This document shows positions 43,002-60,726 of a DNA stretch of 64,000 nt, piece by piece. Both the position numbers and the translations under genes were made by a program. Origin of the DNA: Ramazzottius varieornatus (lineage: Eukaryota > Animalia > Tardigrada); NCBI GenBank assembly GCA_001949185.1, contig BDGG01000004.1:1575620-1639619 (forward strand), read 5' to 3'. Numbering within the stretch: the stretch's first letter is position 1; every line of letters starts with the position of its first letter. The notes beneath the pieces are model-generated. The model had not been told where the DNA came from, made no database searches, and was given only the letters and a program-made list of their open reading frames with translations.

Positions 43002-44069
43002 TCAGTCATCATCCATGTCATCGTCGCTGACGTCTGACTCGCCATCGATCTCGTCCACGTCGTCGTCTTCCGTCTCACCTTCATCGTTATCCGACGAAAA
43101 CGCCGCTTCCAAAGCGTCTTTCTCACCTTCCGAGAAGTTGTCTTGATCGTCGTCTTCATCGCCGAAGAGCGATGCATCGTCATCGAGCGCCTCTCTTTCT
43201 TCTTGTTCGTCGTTGACGTCACTGGAAACAGACAACATACTATGAAGTTCCAAACCTGAACGGAAGATTCAGACAGGTCGAAAGACTGTGACGTACGCAG
43301 CAAAGTCCATATCGACGTCAGCCTGGCCCTTCTCGTACTCGTCCAGGAACTGGTCAAATTCACTGTCGGCCACACTTTCCACTTCCATGTCGTCGTCAAG
43401 CGCGTTGGCTTTCTTCTGGCGCAGTTTCTGAGTAAGATACCTATAATGTGAGGCGATTCACACGACATGATCTCGGAATCCCCAATAGTTAGTATTGAAG
43501 AGCGTACCTGTGTAAAAACTGCTCATCGTCGGGTATTTTCTTCTTGGGAAGATTCAGGTACTGGTCACTGAGGACCGGTAAGTCCCTCGCGCTATCCTGA
43601 GTCTTATCCGTTGCTTTCTTCTTTGGGTTCCGGTACACAAACCGATCCAGGAAATGAATGGAGGTGAAGTCCTCGAAAGGGTCTCCGGCGTACTGTATCG
43701 GCTTGCTCTGTAAGGTGAGACAGAAGAACGCATGGCTAACTGAACGCAAAATACTTGGACAGAGAGGTTCACTGTTTGTCAGAGCTCACCTGGAGGACGC
43801 AATCAGCGAACCGCGCGACGGACGGATGGTAATGCCGGCAGAGTGCATGGAGTTCCCATATCTGGACAAACTCAGCTCCGCAGTACAGAGGGTTCCTCGC
43901 TACGGCGCTGTACTCCGTTATAGGAGTTCTTGACACTGGCTTGGTAGTGCCATCTTCCTCTTCCTCCATATGATGGGAAGGTCCAACCTTATTCGCTAAT
44001 GTCGCCTACACGAATGGTTTGAGGATATCAAGTGTTACTAACTATTCTAACTTCCAAACTATATACCAA

Positions 44070-44105
<36 letters not shown>

Positions 44106-46019
44106 AAGCTTTACGTACCTGAAAAAGTTCTGCGCGGAATGCTTTGGGTTTCATCTTCAGCATCTCTGATATGATAATCAGCGCGCCGCAGATGAAAGGT
44201 GGAAGCTGTGTCATGGCCAGTTGTAGAATGCGTTTAATGAATGCCTTGACTCTTGTAACGCTTTCATCTCTCTTCATGGACTTGTACAGGAGGTTCAGGA
44301 GAGAAGAAGAGCGACCTGGGTGAGTTAGCAGTTCCGGGTCCATCATCTTCCGGTACAGCGCCATGTAGAAGCGGTCCGTTATGGCTCCTTCCCTTTCCAT
44401 GACTTGGTACAACAACATCAGAATCTGGATACCCACTTGGGCGGTCACTGTGTAAATGTATCGGAACAACATGTCTATGTGCTCCATCAGATTCTGAGGA
44501 CCCTTTGTGAAGGGGTATGTTCGGTTCACCCCGGACAGGATGGCGCTAATCATCTTCGGATTGGGGTCCTTCTTTGCCGTTATGGCCCATAAAGAAACAG
44601 AACACTTTACCTTTAAATATCACTTCCGGTCACCAGTTCCGACCAGGACTGGGACGAATGTGTTCCAAGAATGCCGGATTACCCAGTTTTTCGTTTGGAC
44701 AGACTAACGTATGATGTGCTTCTACTTACTTTGAAGAGGGAGAAGTAGATCTTGACCAGTTTGACGGCCAGTATGTTCTCGGAGTCTTTGAGCTTGATCT
44801 GGACCAGGAAACATAGCGCATAATATTGGGCTTTGGCTCCAACATTAGGCCGGTATATCAGTCTTTCGACTTCCTCCACCACGACAGGCTTCATGTTGGG
44901 ATGCTGCTGGATCAAGCGTATCAGAAACTGACAGGCTTTCGAGGCGACCTTCTTCTCTGGATCACCCAGCTTATTCACCAGCATCTGAAGTAGCTTCTCT
45001 TCGCGTTCGGGCTTCGAAACCAGCAGATCATATGTTACACCTGTAAAGGGCGTAAGTATGACTACTCCTTGCCATAAAACACTTACCGCCGATATTCTTA
45101 CCCATAGCTTTTAGCCTTGTAAAGTCAATCGGATCTTTCAGGAGAGTCTCTAGAGCCATCAGGAAGGAGAAGTATCGCTCCTTGAGCTGATCTTCGAGGT
45201 ACCATTCGATCAGCGTTTCTTCCCTTTCAGCTTTGGATTTCCCCTTTAACGCGTCCGCCGAGTGCTGCATAAGCATGCACACGTCAACACCACCTCGCAA
45301 GTTGACAAGAACATTGCGTTGCTGTTTTCATTCGTACCGTTTCGAACTTGGCGAGTTTGTTGTCAGCAGGCAGCAGCTGGTCCTTGAAGAGAGCAGAGAT
45401 GGCATCGAGTGTAATCACCTGTTCCCTGCGGCTCTTCTTTCTCAGCATAGCTAGCAATGTGTCCAGGCTTCCCAGTCCTGTCCGAGGTGACTGCTTCACG
45501 GCTAATGTCAGAGCTGCAACTTTGTCGGCCAATGTCCCGGATTTGATAACCTGCAGAGAGAACACTCTGTACATGACGACCAACATCAAACGACCGACAA
45601 GTACTTACCATCTTTGTCCATCGCGACTTGTTGCCATCTCGCCGATAGTCTCCTGCGTCATGCCGGACTTTCTCAAAGGAATGTCGAGCTTCTTCTTTCA
45701 AGTCGGCCATGCCGAGATTCTCTGGGGCTGGACTAACCTGGGATCAATCCGACTAGATCTTTGACGATGCCCGCACAAGTCGAAGACAGGAAATGCGAAG
45801 ACTGAATAGGGAAACCAGGACGTCCCACCCAGCTGCCAAGCATCACCGAAGCTTAACCCTGTTCGATGTAACGATCCCAAGAAGGAATCGTTACAGATGA
45901 TCGAATTGGGATGAAGAGATAACAAAGTAAAAAGACTTCTGGAACATCCTGATTAGTGATTACGAAAGCGCCATACCAGTTTCTCGACCAATCAAGGCGA
46001 CCAAAATCAAGGGCTCGAA
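43002..46019 (-). CDS. CEBPZ: CCAAT/enhancer-binding protein zeta / Noc1/Mak21 ribosome biogenesis factor; 5' end uncertain
   Basis: [80 protein letters not shown]...[21 protein letters not shown], acidic tail ending in TGA at 43002-43004. The start may be the ATG at 45710 or exons near 45964-46098. Confidence 0.92.
44073..44102. repeat. (AC)15 microsatellite in a CEBPZ intron
   Basis: Read directly from the sequence. Confidence 0.95.
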
Positions 46020-46087
46020 CTGTGAAATGTTAGTAAGTCAGGTCATAATGTCCACCTGACACTGTATACTGTATGTATGTCAGCGAA

Positions 46088-46095
46088 CCGGAAGT
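46088..46095 (+). promoter_or_regulatory. ETS-type CCGGAAGT motif at the presumptive CEBPZ 5' end
   Basis: Consensus match. The same motif occurs near 4418 (upstream of FLVCR) and 10178 (upstream of KDSR), but also at non-promoter sites. Confidence 0.25.
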
Positions 46096-46454
46096 CATCC
46101 AACTAAAGTAGCTTCGGCGAACAATCGTCGGGCATAAACTAATTCGTTTAGCTTAAAACAACGTACGGAAATAGAATTCAACAATTAGTGACAGGATTAA
46201 CACATAACGCTCTCCGCATATAGGCGTAAAACTTTCCAACAGGATCTGCTTGGTTCACGCTCATCATAGAACCTCAAAATCATCATAAATACCAGAGTGA
46301 AATGAAACTGGTGTAATCACAAAGTCCATTACAGGTATCCGATCTTAAAATTCGCTCTGGGAACGTGAACGGAGGTCGGTTCCATTGTTGTCTTCGTGAG
46401 ACGTCGCTTACTTTACGTACAGTAAGTATATCAGGAAGCAACGGTTTCTGTGTT

Positions 46455-47992
46455 TTATACGGGCGATGAGAACTGGGAGGCAAAAGGCTTTCGGGCTTGT
46501 GCCGACCGGGAGCGAGCCAAGGCGGCAATTTTGCTGGTTCGTGGACGCTGGCTATCGCTGACGTGATAAACACTGTGCAGCCACAAGCAGTTTCCGGTTG
46601 TTTTCGAGTCCGTCATTTTGAAGGTGAGAGTCGAAACGCCACCGCAGGGAGCGACAGCTGTAATTTGACTCCTCTGAGCTTCGGTGCAGATGTGATACTT
46701 CTGCTCCAGGTAGATGAGCGCTTCTCTGATCCAACCCCCATGAGCGAATATCAGAACGCTCGCTGTCAGTATCTCATTGGGAGACCCTGGAGTTGGCGAA
46801 TAGCTGGTACCACAGGGAACTTGGTATTCCATGAAGTAGCCAGGCTTGTCAGCTTTTACAGCGGCTTCGCGTTCCTTCTCAAACTTCTTCAAGCCGTTGA
46901 AGAGGTCCTCCAGGAACGCTGCAGCTCGCGCTCGAACCTATCAAGGCCAGCAATCATTTTTATGCAATATTGTGATGATTTTGGCGAATACAACGTCTTA
47001 CGTCAGCTGTGGTTTCTCCGCCGGGTGGCTTGAATTCGGACATGTGAACTCCGGAGTTGCGAAGTTCAATACGGAACTGGTCGAGCCTTTGTCCTTCCAG
47101 TTCGCCGAAAGACTACAACAAGAGTCGAAACATAACCATAATATTACTGTAAGTACCTCGCAGTCCCGAAGATGGCACACGTACGCGTTCTCGGAGGCGT
47201 TGGTCTAGGACAATAGGTGGCGCATTACCAAGACACGAGCAAACTATTTCCGCTGTCTACGAATGACAAGAACGTTCTACATATATGTTTGATCAGTGAT
47301 CGTTCGACATTAGCATGACATTCCAAAGAACGAGCAAGCCAGTCGGAGGAAATGGATTCTATATTTAGCTCAATCCCTTGCCAGTGTTCTTTGCTTAATG
47401 ACTGTCACGCTTCACCTTGAGAGATCTGGAAAGGTCGCTGCTGAAAACGTGCGATACGCGCAAGTTCGTGACGCTGTTGTGACCCAAGTGCTGGCTTTGT
47501 GCTATTCCGAGCGTCGATAAGGGATAATCTTTGTGTCCTACAAACAAAGAAGACATTTCACTATCCACGCTGAATGAGAGCAAAACAACTTTTTTTCAGA
47601 ATCCCCATCTTCCCATCTACGCGGATCGACTTACCTTGAACTACACCCAACTTGTTGCCGACACTTTCTCCACTGAAACAAAAAGAAAGAATCACGACTT
47701 GGTACTTTAAAGTTCCGATCATTTCGGACAACTTGCCAGAATTTGTACCGTAGCCCATACAATATACTCTATGCATGGCCCATGGTATAAATTCGGCCAC
47801 GTATGTCCGAAAATGATCGGAACTTTAATGTGTCTCGGGATTTCGTAACACTGATGTTAAACGAAAATTTTCGAGCCGCGAGAGTGATGAGAACACTGGA
47901 ACTTACTGGCGAATGAAAGATATTCCGAAACAAAAAGGAATTTCGAACTGGGTTCTGCCCGTCAAGGCCAGGGAATGGGCGGGTCCAGCCAT
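46455..47992 (-). CDS. TIGAR: Histidine phosphatase, TIGAR-like fructose-2,6-bisphosphatase
   Basis: Spliced FIRH|GESVGNKLGVVQG (RHG motif split by intron 1), PLS.LG..Q, VFSSDLSR..KTA, DQRLRERSFGELEG, PPGGET, VLIFAHGGWIRE. Confidence 0.88.
47711..47824. mobile_element. 114-bp palindromic MITE flanked by TTAA (Kolobok/piggyBac-type target site) in TIGAR intron 1
   Basis: TTAA|AGTTCCGATCATTTCGGACA ... TGTCCGAAAATGATCGGAACT|TTAA: 20-bp TIR with a one-base indel. The imperfect inverted symmetry continues almost to the centre. Confidence 0.75.
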
Positions 47993-48830
47993 TGTCCGAA
48001 CGATGCTTTGCGATCAGAGATTCAAACCAGACCTCATTAATTTTTCTCCGGAAATGCGACGTGGATGTAGTCTAACTGGGCCGCCTAGGCGATGGTGTGT
48101 TTGCTGCGACTCTTCCGTAAGAACAAACTGCAACAAAAACACGAGTACAGTACTCAATATTGCGAAAGCGGTTTTCGAGCCTAACGTTCATTACACAATC
48201 ATAAATCAAGCAGAACTTTGTTCGAGCATCTGGTAAAACTTACAAGTCTTCCTTGCTTCGTGTCGGGTTAGACTGCAAGCTGGTAGAACTTTCAGAGCAC
48301 TGATGTAAAGATTTGGCTGATGCTGACAAGGAAGCTGCATGGAGCCAGCTGGACAGATGAGGAAGCCATCTGTCTTCCGTCTTTAACTTATTGACTAATT
48401 TAAGTGTACGTACCACGGTCGGTACCAGAAGCCACGGAGCAAAAAGAGGTAACCAGAGTACGGAGATGGCATGTTCGGTAAAAATAACCCGAAGGAGTTG
48501 CAAGTTGGGAACCACAGTCGGAGTGATTTACTCACTGAGCAGCGCGCACACTGGCATGTGAGAGAATTCGAATAAAGGTCGGTCTGTGAAGGAAGTCTAG
48601 TACAGTGTTGGGTCTGTCTAACGTCAGCAAATTGGTGCGGCCTTGAGCAGTAGTTGCTTCCGTGTTAGATTAACTTTGCGAAGTAGCGCATTGGGACGAC
48701 CAAAATCACCGTTCTGGCTCACGCGACCTCATGTACTGTAAAGGATCTCCGTATGGAAACGGCAAGCAGAGAAGTTTACAGAGAACAAACAAGTTGTACA
48801 AACGTTAAGAGCTGAGGCGGCACCTCATTA

Positions 48831-51800
48831 CTACACGTAATGTATGGTCCCATAATGAGTCTTATCCGGTAAACTAGAAAAACTTCCAGTGAAAGAAACG
48901 GGTGTGGTAGCCGGCAAAGGCAAGGTATACGACGACGTTTGGCTGGAAAGACGTTCGTTGCACAGATGGCTCTCGACCTGGCCATTTTCTCTTGAAACCA
49001 TCTCGATCGACACCGCTCGGGACCGCCGCCTCCGATAACCACGAGGTCTTGAGGGAACATCAAGGTTTCCCACCGAAAGCATGCTCCGACGCGGCTTCGG
49101 GCTCAGCTGAGGATCATCCGGAAGCTCAGTCATGCTTTTTGTCTTGAACACTCCCGTCGGTGTGGTGAGAAACCGACTTGCGGACTGACCCGGAAGGTTC
49201 AAGCGGTGAATGTCTGGTGTGATGGCGCCGCCGGAGCCGGAAATCATCGAGTCCGTATCGAACATACTCAATGTGTAGCAGGAAGTCTCGGCATCTGCGG
49301 TACTGGCATATATTTGAACAGACGGAGGCCCGTTCTCGCTCATAGACGTAGGGGACTGTTTTCTGTTGGCGCGATTGCTGTTTACACCTTGAGGCTGCGT
49401 TGTGGACCTCGGTCGGTTAGTAAGGAAATACGGTGTGTCATCACCCAGGTCTGTGTATGGTATGCCCATATCATCCCTGTAGCGACAACGAAAGAACACA
49501 AATCGTGAACGGGAACCAACTTACGGTCATCTTGTTGAAGAACTGGTGTGTTAGTGGGAGACGTTTATTCGCTCCTGTACCCAAGAGGACTTACTCGAAT
49601 GGTCCAAAACTGCTCACAGTGGAGACCGAACGGGCGGTCCGGTAAGGAAGTGTGTCTTCCTGCAGGTCGCCGGCAGAATAGGACAGCTCATCGCTCGCAT
49701 TGGTGAAGCATGAGTTGCTGTACTGTCTGTCCGAAGGACCCGTCCCGTTTGCTATTGCTTCTGTGGGTTTAGTGTCTAGGACTTTTTCCATTGCATTTAA
49801 GAGCGTGTCTGTAAGTGGACAGACGAGCTGTTAGAGATACTTCACAGGTGTTGGTGGACGTTTATTATGTATAGTGGATCGAATTCATGGTACCAGGCAT
49901 GTGATCATCAAGCATGGATGGCGAAAGACAGACTTCATAGAAACTTTCTCGATGTACTTCGATGGCTTGATACGCCGGATGTCCTGTCCGCTGCGACTTG
50001 GTACAGCAAACCCTGGACCAGAGGATATCAGAGGAAGCTCGGATGACAGCACAACACAAAGGCTTAGAATTCGGGACTAACCTCGAGAGCGTCTTGCCGA
50101 ATCTGTAACAAAACAACATTACAGCAATCTCCACTTTTACACTATTCCATACTGATAGAAATTCGAACAATTTTACTTTTGTTGTTTCGGATAGGATCGT
50201 ACGATCTGGACGATTTTTCCGGGAAGATACATAGGCGGATGGGTGGTCATGAAAGGCGAAACCGCTGGTTTCCGGCGGGATGTCGACATGCTTCTTGCTT
50301 GCTCTTCCGCGAACTGTTGCAATGACGGCTCGGATGGACTACATCCGAACAGGCTGCTAAGCAGAATCCTCCACTGGAAACACAGACACATAATCAACTT
50401 CGTCCGCCTAACTAGCGCCATCTATACTGGACTCACCTTGGGCGTGGTGCTTCGTTGTATGACGCTGAGGAGATCAGCTCTCATGGCTTCCAGTTGATGG
50501 AGTCCGAGCCTCGTCACCACGTCTTTTCCCAAAAAGCACGTCGTTATGAAGGTTTTCGTGTATTCAGCAACGGGCAGGTTCAGCAGTCCCCCGGGTGGGG
50601 AGAAGCAAATACACTTTAACGTCGGGAAATCCGGCTTCAGCAGAATCGCTAATATGGCGGCAGCGCCAGCACCCAAAGAGTGTCCCACGACCATCAGATC
50701 ATAATGCTTCCCTGTCCGAGCCTTAAAGACCGATCATCCGATCAAAACTCCATCGGTTTTTCATACCAGTAAAATTTCTCTTTAAAAATATTAAAATAGA
50801 TATATTTATGGATAGTTTTCTTACTTTCGCGATGTCCAACATTTGAGCAAGTTTTCCTTCCTCGATTAATCTCTTTTTCACGTACTCCGCCGCAGAGATC
50901 ATTCCCTGGGGAGACCAAATGGATTTAAGCAGTCCCATTTACAAAACAGTAACGACTAACAAAGCGACAACGAGTTTGTCACACTTATGTTTCCATACTT
51001 TATGGGCCAGCCATGGTGGATTGGTCTGCAGGGGATTCACAGGAATGAATTCGGCATCCGCATTGAGGTCCGTCACCAGGTCCTTCATCGATAGAGTTCC
51101 TCTAATAGTGACAACGATCTTCTTCTCCAGATGGTCCAAGGCCAGAAAATATGGAGTCATCCCAACTCCACCTACAACGAAACATGAATTAGCCTTATGG
51201 GATATCCTGTTAGGGCACGGGTGAATAGAGGAAAGTCTTACCGGTGTAAGAAGCATGCACAAATTGGACAGAATCGTCTTCAGCAAGAGAGTGCTGTGAA
51301 AATTCCCGAAACTGTTAACTTACCACAGTTGACAGCTCGTCCAATACCAATCACGCGAAATTGGACAGGATGATTAATGGACTATTTTCCGTACCATTAC
51401 AGCCCACATGGCCGATGAGTGACATCCGCAACAGTTATCCTCTTCAATGTCCAATCCCTGCAGCAACACGACGTTTGGTGGGTAATTATATTCTGATCCC
51501 AGATTCCCAAAACCCCAATGTCTCACGTCCCCAATTAACCTTCTTACCGATAGCGGCTGTTCCGCACCAAAACAGCAAACGCAGCGAAGTCCGGGAATAA
51601 CATCGATCAATTTGCGACAGGGGTTACCGCGGCATACGTACATGGGCCAGCCATACTGCGAACAGTATTAATTGAGAGCTGGGCAAACAGAACGTCCAAG
51701 ACTTCAACCTCAAGTGGCACAGGATTCAACTCTCTTTGGTCGGAAGGGTGCGTCACTCAAGGCGACGATCTTGTGCGGTTTTTTTGCCCAGCTCACAATT

Positions 51801-54621
51801 GAAGTTGAATCAGGTGACAGATTTTTTTATTTTGATCGCGTACCACGGCTAAACTGAATCGCATATAGCGCACCAGGCGCTCATATTCGGTCCTCACGGT
51901 CTGCAAAAGAAAACTTAACAATTTGATAAGTGGTTCGTGCAGTATCATCGGTTTTGAGGTGTCACCTACAGTATCAGAAAGTTTAAGGAACTTGGTCTCC
52001 GGCGTAATGGGAGTTGCCGACAAGAACTGGAAAGTGTTCTCTTTATCCTGCAGTGCGAAACATTTGATTTAGGAAGCCAGAAGTCAGTGATGGATGGGTT
52101 CCACATACTAGCGTTAGCAGAGCGTAGCGGCGCAATTTCTGATAACGCCTGCAACAACAAGAAGAACTTCCAGTCCATTGGACCGTTTCCGCCATATGCG
52201 TCAAACGTTGAAAGCTTTCTTACCGAAGAAGGATTAGTCCGGCTATGATATCGGTGGGGACCTTGGAGGAATAAATACGCATCGTTGTTAGTCGTTGATG
52301 AATTGCTTTAAATTTAAATTTAGAATAATTTGGCTAACTAACAAGGTCGAGATCCCGGAAGAAATCGGACAATAATTGGGCAATCGAAGCCAGCGATGCC
52401 TATAAATAATATTCCATCATTCACCAGCAGTACTTCACCTTGCAGTACTTCAGCCAATTCAAAGTCACTTACCCTCTGATCCGTACCCAGACAGCAAAAG
52501 AGGAAACGACAACGCTTTTGCCAAGAAATATGGTAGGCAGCAGCCGTTTTCCTGAAACGTACAACAAAGAGGCATTCAGACTGCAAAACTATTGGCGCCA
52601 TTTACGCATGGATGCACATGAATCTGGTAGAAACTCCTGGTTTCCGCTATTCCTTGTTACGATCAATCGATTAACGACGAACCTTGTTCGCCATGTGCGA
52701 TGGTGATGGCCATGATGCAGCTTCGAACCTGTGGCTTGAAGGTTCGTCTGGTACCTGAAATAAAGGTATGAAATATTTGGGAACTGGGAAAATGGTTTGA
52801 ACCAGATCTTTTCACAAGTGGCACAAGCTTCCAGCAAGTCACAACGAAAAGCGTGTGCGGCATGGACAGCGATCTTATCCAATTCATTTGCCCAGCTCTA
52901 AAAGCCAGAACATCAGAAGAACGTCGGCGTTGATTACTTCCGTAGTTTAAGCCATTTGCCGCCTCCAAGATCGTAGCTCAGGTACAAACCGATCCCGATC
53001 AACAGGACCAATACTGCGTTAAATATCATAGTTCCTGAATGAAGAAAAGTTTCTAATGGTTCTCAGTACACTGGTTATCGTTATGGTACACAATTAGGCG
53101 CACTTCTTTTATAATTTACCTAGCAGAACGCTTTCGACAAAAGCCGGGAAGAACGGACAAAATCCTAGCCAAACTGCCGTTGATATCATCCAGCCACACT
53201 CCAGTAGAAACAAGGCTGAAAGAAGAAAACATACTTTAGTATAGACCACTCCCTGTATGACATAACGAGCAACCAGGATGTTGGGCTTGGTCAGTGATTA
53301 CCACAACGAGCATAAAGATATGGTCGGACGGCTTTCCTAATTTTGGTATCCATGATAGCTCCTCGAAAAGTCTTGAAGATAACACAAGATTCCAGACAAG
53401 CTGCCAAAATGCAGACCACGGTGTATCCCATTGCTTGGATCTGCAGTAACCGGCTGCACTGGCTCGTTTGGTCATATACCAGCAGGAAAACTGCGAGCTC
53501 CAAAGCTGCCCTGATAAAAACACACGCAAGAGAAGATTAAAAATTTCGAATGTAAAAATAATAACTTTTACGAGTACCGACAGGCACCTATTCATAGCCA
53601 TGTAAACATTTCGAGTATTTTCGTGTCTGATTAGCCCAACATTTTTCTAGTGTTCTACTGCTGTTTGATCTTCGAGAGAAGGTATACGGATGGGAAATTT
53701 AGACTATGCAAAGTACCCTCGTAACTTTGATGGCCCTGTTTGAATTTGGTATTTTTCACAGCTGCCACACCCTGTGGGGAGTTTATCGCTACTTTTAGCC
53801 TGCATAAATTTGTCGAAGCAGGGTCCTCTTCGTCGTTTTCAAGTGATTGTACATCGTCAGGATTACTTTTCCGTTTGGGGTAACATGCAGAAAACAATCA
53901 CCATACAAGTCATGCAGAAACCCACGTAGTTAACATCCATCAAAGGGTTAATCCAGGCGAGGGAATGAGCTAGATAGTAGATACTTCGCAGACAAAGCAG
54001 TTACGTCCGCAATACACAGTGGATAAATCTACCATTATGGCTCTTGGACGACGGATTATATAGGGAGAACGGACTCGTGATATGCTCCACACTCTAGATA
54101 AAATCCATGTCAATCTAAATTCCAATGACGTCGTCAGTCTGATCAGACAAAGTAATACACATTCGGGCAAGACAAAAGAGAACGGTTTTGACCTAATATG
54201 TACAGGGGCAAACAATGCAAGTGGATGATGATTACATTAGCCATCACTTTCATCCGAGAGAAGAATAACACATGGTTCTCTGTATCTTTTCTTCCTATAA
54301 ACCTTGTGACGGATGCTCTTCCAACGTGTTTCCTACTACTAAGAAAACTGATTTCTGTTTATGAATGCTGGGCAAACAAGGTACACAAGACCCCCATCTG
54401 CAGTGGCGCACCTTTCCAGCCGGTAACAATACGAATGTGCGCCACTTAACAGACGGTCTTGAAAGTTTTGTTTGCCCCGCTGTCATATAAATTCAAGTTT
54501 CTTCCCAAGAAGATCAAAAGGCTCACCAGGTTAAATGGGAGAGCATCAGAACGATACTCGGAAGGACCAGATCGTCCGCCGCAATTGCCCATCTTCGTCG
54601 AAACAATATCAGCCCCGGCAT
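48831..54621 (-). CDS. DAGLA: Diacylglycerol lipase alpha (inaE-like)
   Basis: First exon 54621-54527 MPGLILFRRRWAIAADDLVLP. TM exons; SDFFRDLDL|VPTDIIAGLILL; YGWP; TPYFLALDH...VVTIRGTLS; lipase motif GHSLG; FSPPGGL; GKDVVTRLG; YLPGKI; DHMP; long C-terminal tail ending IHYV. Confidence 0.95.
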
Positions 54622-56155
54622 GACTTGAACTTATTTTCGGCTACTAACAGCGGGTTGTCGAACAAGTGTAGAAATAAATCTTCAAATTGTCGACGACAAG
54701 TGCGCGAGGAATCCCAGGATGGTAGTAGGAGTTTTGAGATCCATTAACACACCGACTGTCACTGGCTTCTTGTCATTACGGTCTCATGATCTGATCCGCC
54801 GATGCGGAAGTCAAGATGTTGCGCGCTAAATCCAATACACAGTACAACAATCAGATACCACACCAGGCCCAGATTGCTATCTGCACGGTCATGGTCAGAA
54901 TGGCTTTCACAAAAGAACAACGAACGGAAGCAAATAAACACCACAAACAAGACTTTTACGAGGCAATTTCATTCCGCGCGTCACCGTTACTGTTATGGGT
55001 GGTCGTGGCAATTATGGGCGTATGTTTGCCGAATAAAGCGTTATGAAGGAGAAAGGTCCACATCGGTGCATACCACTTTTGATGAAAATCCGGTGCATCA
55101 GCAGCCAGTCAGGATTCCGCAACGAAGTAATTGCTATTTAGAACTGCTTCGAAGAGCAATGTCCGTAACCACACACCGAGATGAAATAAGCTACTTTGCT
55201 CAACAAAGTGGTGTCAAGCGGCGAATTCTTTCGTACAGCCGGAGCAGACATTCAGGTTTCGCAGTTTACCACGTACGGTCACGGATTCCGCCGAATGCTG
55301 GAGCGACAGTCACTCCATTCTTTCGCCTCGAAGTCTGGACTGCGCCACTAAACTACAGTGTACATTAAAGAATCATTCGGATGCATGCATAAAATTCGCA
55401 TTCTAGCAGGAGCGCTTCAAGTCGTCTAAGTGCAAACATTAGTGGATCAAGCTGCAGGATCCCGGATGTGACCACACTGTACGGGTACGTGTGCAGCATT
55501 ATGAAGGCGATAAAAGGGCGGACCCGCTACTCGCAAAGCAAGAGTAGAGTGAACAGTGAATCCATTTGCATCGCAAAGGGCTACGCTGACACGTACTGTG
55601 CAGTCCTCCATCGATATCTCTGCGACGAAGTTCCACGGTTGAAAATGACAACATAGGTTGTTCACCGTACGTAATCTCTTTGAAATCCCTTGATGAATGG
55701 AGAGCTTTATGCTCACCTGTCCTACCTTCGGCTTATTCACTCCTCTGATGAAGATGCCTTTGGGACGCACGGTAACATCCGGGAACGCCGGAAGACGATA
55801 GATTAACTTGATTGCGCCAGAAGATACGAGACAAATAACTTCTTCACAGAACCAAGCTTTATTCGAAGGGAAACTGATTTCACTATCAAACTAATTACTA
55901 GCAGCATATGTACACATACCGCACGTACACATGAGAAAACAATAATTACGATAAAAGGTAAAAACAAATCTGGATTCTTGTCAGCAAGCCGTCGACAGGG
56001 TAAACCAAGTGTCATAACAAAGATACATACCGGAAACTAGAAGACAAAACCACGGTCTTAATTCAGTAACAGGATCACATAGAAAGAACAATTCAAAGCT
56101 CAGATGAAAATGAAAGAAGAGCGAAAGAAATACACTGTTTAATTTACCTTAGTTA

Positions 56156-60726
<4,571 letters not shown>

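Noticed and set aside
42905-43468. 187-aa Thr/Arg/Met-rich ORF
   Set aside because: Alternative frame of the CEBPZ acidic GAC/GAT-rich exons.
54802-55368. 188-aa plus-strand ORF
   Set aside because: No motif or protein-like composition; antisense to the DAGLA 5' region.
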